Of a stretch of 64,000 nt of DNA, positions 61,501 through 64,000 are shown in pieces; position 1 is the stretch's first letter; each line of letters starts with the position of its first letter. The position numbers were made by a program, and so were the translations under genes. The notes below the pieces were generated by a model. It saw nothing but the letters and a program-made list of their open reading frames with translations, was not told where the DNA came from and made no database searches. The DNA comes from an uncultured Verrucomicrobiae bacterium. GTDB lineage: Bacteria; Verrucomicrobiota; Verrucomicrobiia; Limisphaerales; Palsa-1400. The stretch lies in assembly GCA_963764165.1 (NCBI GenBank), contig CAVXRD010000002.1, positions 1,942,232-2,006,231 on the forward strand, written 5' to 3'.

Positions 61501-62303
61501 TGCCCACGAATTGGGCTTCGTATTATCCGTTCAATTCCGGCGCGCAAGATGCCGCCAGTCTCTACAACGGGACGCTACAGGGCGGCGCTTCGATTGCCAC
61601 CGATCCCACACGCGGGCCTGTGCTGAGTCTCTCGGGCAGCAGCCAGTATGTGAGTCTTCCTGCCGGGGCGGGCGATGCCCAGACGGTTGCCGGATGGGTG
61701 AAATGGGAGGGCGGCAGCTCGTGGCAGCGCATTTTTGATTTTGGACAGGGCGATCAGGATTATTTCTTTTTGACAACGTCCGACGGGTCAAACCGGCCTC
61801 AATTTTCGATCACGACGGACATCGGTGTTTACAATCAGGAAGTCGAAGGGCCGGCTGCCTTTCCGTTAAACCAGTGGACTTATGTCGCGGTGGTCATGGA
61901 CACGCGCGAGGCCATCCTTTATCTCAATGGCAGCGCCGTCGCTGTTAATAATAGCATCAACCTTCTCCCTTCTGATGTCGCACCGACTCAATGTTTTCTT
62001 GGGCGCAGCGAATATGCGGGCGACCCCTATTTTTACGGGATGATGGATTCTTTTTTGTTGAATTCGCAGCCGCTTCCCATCAGCCAATTTCTCCAGCCGC
62101 CGCCGATCTCAATCTCGGCGGCGGGTTCGGTTTTGAATCTTTCATGGCCGCAATGGGCCGGGGCGCTGAGTCTTTATGCGGCAACAAATCTGGCGGCGGG
62201 CGGCTGGATTCCGGTGGCGAATAATCCCGTCGCCACGAATCAGCAATTCAGCGTATCCTTGCCCATGACAAATTTCGCGCAATTCTTCCGATTGCAGCCC
62301 TGA
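58563..62303 (+). CDS. Secreted GH43 endo-arabinanase-like catalytic domain fused to multiple LamG and Ig-like domains
   Basis: GH43 strings HDPSTVIQCKNRYYMFYTG, LFWAPDVLYF, STFGSQVSAIGL, NTIDPSF and GSYWNGIYMV, then three LamG-like units. C-terminal tail ends FFRLQP. The true start is uncertain (ATG 58563 or GTG 58638); the signal peptide begins near 58707. Confidence 0.8.
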   Translation: MRSECLLRGGDVSPRRPGRRAKRIDVPELREPHSGRLGEASLPRLATTRGKFSVIWALLLVSVIFAELPVRAQSSGPPLRGYLTAHDPSTVIQCKNRYYMFYTGQGILSKSSSDRVFWAPGPAVFSNPPAWTSNAVPGFTGLFWAPDVLYFNNLYHLWYAVSTFGSQVSAIGLVTSPTLDPTDPTCKWTDQGPVITSTNGSPYNTIDPSFTWDGAGNLWMAFGSYWNGIYMVQLNATNGLRISANSPTYHLAYNSSIEASYVYKRGGYYYLFADWGSCCSGVNSTYNIRMGRSTSVTGPYLDQNGVDMVNNGGTLFQGPTGKFVGPGHVGILNLNGTQWWSYHYYDANAWAPQYGAYGAPDLALVPLSWTTDNWPTFTNTWSALYRFQADARDDNGQFYGLLENGAEVLTNSIYGHVLNLNGNDQFAWLPPGAGYGQTFAAVVNWRGGADWQRIFDFGVNTAATVMLTAASSDNALRCDINPGGNLQTVQWTKPLPTNAWTHVAVTFNGSQGVLYVNGLPVATNTSMTLEPFNVAPQTNALGQSKFSADPYFNGQYAAFRAYSHALSPQEIVAPVPEISQPADGSAYTPGATISFAGTATDFAAVPLAAANLTWQINYIQDHVTNAVYGPVSGISNGAYIIPTNSTGGGNYVVVLTAADKSNRVATATATLSPANPPAGWSSYFPLQSDANDANGHYNGTLHGGASFVNDAVRGNVLSLNGNSQYVSFPPGLGGMLTFMAWVKWNGGAEWQRIYDFGNDTNFYSVLTPAASSGDLRFNISVDSTGGEQIIDAPGPLPIGVWTHVAVVMDGDSVTLYTNGIPVGTNLHANLSPVSLNATNIYFGKSQWPADPYFNGELSDVRIFSYPLASNQIAAPQITIQQPAQGSMCSPGNTIAFSASANDFSNTPIAAANFIWTVNYINGSTTNVVGGPWSGVASGTFLVPATGPAARGHYQFSVAVTDSAGRSGTNSSSIYLAATAMPTNWASYYPFNSGAQDAASLYNGTLQGGASIATDPTRGPVLSLSGSSQYVSLPAGAGDAQTVAGWVKWEGGSSWQRIFDFGQGDQDYFFLTTSDGSNRPQFSITTDIGVYNQEVEGPAAFPLNQWTYVAVVMDTREAILYLNGSAVAVNNSINLLPSDVAPTQCFLGRSEYAGDPYFYGMMDSFLLNSQPLPISQFLQPPPISISAAGSVLNLSWPQWAGALSLYAATNLAAGGWIPVANNPVATNQQFSVSLPMTNFAQFFRLQP
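58585..58692. repeat. GGACGCCTCGCCGAGGCGTCC-family palindromic repeats (one degenerate and one intact arm)
   Basis: cctcactccggacgcctcggcgaggcgtccctgcctc (58656-58692) matches 57755-57792 and 13685-13721. The left arm at 58585-58616 is degenerate. Confidence 0.75.
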
Positions 62304-63329
62304 TGAAACGGCTGCTTCTGATGCTGTTCTTGGCGCCGGTGTTCATGCTCTGCGGACAGGAGCGCTTCGCCAATCCCATCTGCGAACAGGCCGACCCGTG
62401 GTTCATCCGATACAACGGGCATTATTTAGCGTGCTTTTCCATCAGCAACCACGCCATTTCGGTGCAGGCCTCGGATCGATTGGAAGTGGTCGGGCCGGAG
62501 CATGTGGTTTGGACCGCGCCCGGGAGCGGGCCGGCTCGGGCGGAAATTTGGGCGCCGGAACTGCACGTGATCGGCGGGAAATGGCGTATCTATTTTGCCG
62601 CTTCCGATGGCGAGAATCGAAATCATCGCGCCTGGGTCCTGCAGTCCGCGGGCGCAGACCCCTTCGGCCCTTACACCTTGCACGGACCGCTTTACACCGG
62701 CGACGATCCGAACATGGTGGCGGACAATCGCTGGGCCATTGATTTGACAGTATTCGAGTGGAAAAAGCGGCTTTATGCTGTGTGGTCTGGCTGGCCCGGC
62801 ACGGCGGATATGCAATGCCTTTACATTGCGCCCATGAAGGATCCGCTGACGATTGCCTCTCCCCGAAAACTTCTTTGCCAGAACGACACCTATTTATGGG
62901 AACGGGTCGACGAAACCGCCAACAGCCGCGGATTGAATGAGGGCCCCGAAGCCCTCGAACACAACGGGCGTTCTGTTTTTGGCCTACTCCTGCAGCGCGT
63001 CATGGCGTCCAAGTTACAAACTTGGGTTGCTGGCATTGAAACCCGGCGGCGAGCCGCTGGAGCCCAAAAATTGGACGAAGCTCGCGCAGCCTGTTTTTCA
63101 ATCCACGGCGGCCACGTATGGCGTGGGGCATAATTCATTTGTGAAATCGCCAGACGGCAGGGAGGACTGGATTATTTACCACGCCAAATTGGATCGGCAG
63201 GACGGCTGGCATCGCGCGGTTTTTGCCCAGCCGTTCACATGGCTGGCGAATGGCTTTCCGGATTTTGGCCGGCCTGTTGCGGCGGGAGAAAAGCTGCTTG
63301 TTCCGTCAGGCGAAGGCGCTCCACATTAG
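62303..63329 (+). pseudogene. GH43 family glycoside hydrolase with an apparent frameshift near 62970
   Basis: Frame 1 reads ...LNEGPEALEHNGR. The family-typical continuation LFLAYSCSASW...GVGHNSF...DWIIYHA... is in the next frame (ORF 62937..63329). Confidence 0.6.
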
Positions 63330-63588
63330 GGCTCGGAAAGCCAGACGGTTATTTCCCCAGGTTCACGATTTGGTTCGCGGAGCACGTCTCGCTTTTTCAC
63401 GGCCAAGGTCTCGGCAAATAAACCCCTCCGGGCAATCGCCGCCCGTCACTTTTTTGAAACAATTGGCCCCCGTGCCGTGTTGTGAACTTAACGAGAATGC
63501 GTGACATAGCTCATGAAACCAGCGAAACAGTTTTGCCTGACACGGTGTGCAAACCGTAGACTCCAGTCCAGTTGGCCGACGACCGGCG

Positions 63589-64000
63589 ATGACAGACGCG
63601 CAACAATTCGAAGCGTTCGTAACAGCTTACCAAAACATGGTTTTTAGCACCGCCATGCGCCTCACCGCGAACCCGTCCGAAGCCGAAGACATCTCGCAGG
63701 AGACTTTTATGCGGGCCTTTGAGCATTTCGAGGAACTGCGCGAAGACCCGCGCGCGGGCGGATGGCTCAAGACGGTCGCCGTCAACCTGAGCCTGAATCA
63801 CCTCTCCCGTTACCGGAAACGCTGGAGCTTTTTTTCCGAATTGGTGCGGCACGACAGTGACGGCGATGAGACGGAATTGGAATACGCCGCGCCGGATGAC
63901 GTGGAGGCAGCTTTTGCCATCGAGGAACGGCGGTTGATGGTGGAGGCGGCGCTTCGGCAATTGCCCGCCGCCCAGCGTGTTCCGCTGGTGCTGTTCCACT
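63589..64000 (+). CDS. ECF-type RNA polymerase sigma-70 family factor (partial, runs off the window)
   Basis: Hand translation gives MTDAQQFEAFVTAYQNMVFSTAMRLTANPSEAEDISQETFMRAFEHF...GWLKTVAVNLSLNHLSRYRKR, matching sigma regions 2.1-2.4. Not in the ORF track because there is no stop codon in the window. Confidence 0.8.
   Translation, partial: MTDAQQFEAFVTAYQNMVFSTAMRLTANPSEAEDISQETFMRAFEHFEELREDPRAGGWLKTVAVNLSLNHLSRYRKRWSFFSELVRHDSDGDETELEYAAPDDVEAAFAIEERRLMVEAALRQLPAAQRVPLVLFH

Overview
High-GC bacterial chromosome segment, probably from the PVC superphylum (most likely Verrucomicrobiota). The inference rests on prepilin-type N-terminal methylation-motif proteins of the DUF1559/H-X9-DG kind, very large secreted LamG/GH43 proteins, and dense REP-like palindromic repeats in intergenic DNA. 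Core genes found: mmsA, a SulP transporter, a serA-like dehydrogenase, two secreted amidohydrolases, a GNAT, purL-purQ-purS, uvrB, tRNA-Ser(GCU), a YceI-like protein, a Gfo/Idh/MocA oxidoreductase, rpiB, an aminotransferase, clpX-clpP, infC, a hybrid histidine kinase, a LamG/GH43 polysaccharide cluster, and a partial ECF sigma factor at the right edge. There are two accessory regions. (1) A ~16.8 kb island (14966-31788) lies between purS and uvrB. It looks AT-richer by eye, starts with a tyrosine integrase and is bounded by a short direct repeat. Its cargo is a mosaic: two head-to-head truncated restriction-like genes (Z1 domain and HATPase/DUF3883), a stand-alone class III cyclase-fold protein, a 4-TM protein, HTH/small-protein pairs, an atypical 627-aa HTH/FCD protein translationally coupled to a heme-oxygenase-like diiron enzyme beside an SSS transporter, and a RadC-type plasmid/ICE module preceded by a structured ORF-free region. 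(2) An integrase/excisionase module abuts tRNA-Ser (34.6-36.5 kb) and may extend to a tRNA-3'-like fragment at 40.2 kb. Three repeat families are present: inverted repeats flanking a RayT-like transposase, a CACAGAT-phased palindromic element, and a GGACGCCTCGCCGAGGCGTCC palindromic element. There is also a 161-bp MITE-like element. Two or three genes carry apparent frameshifts. I saw no rRNA genes and no CRISPR array. All functional calls come from motif recognition by eye; no database search was possible.
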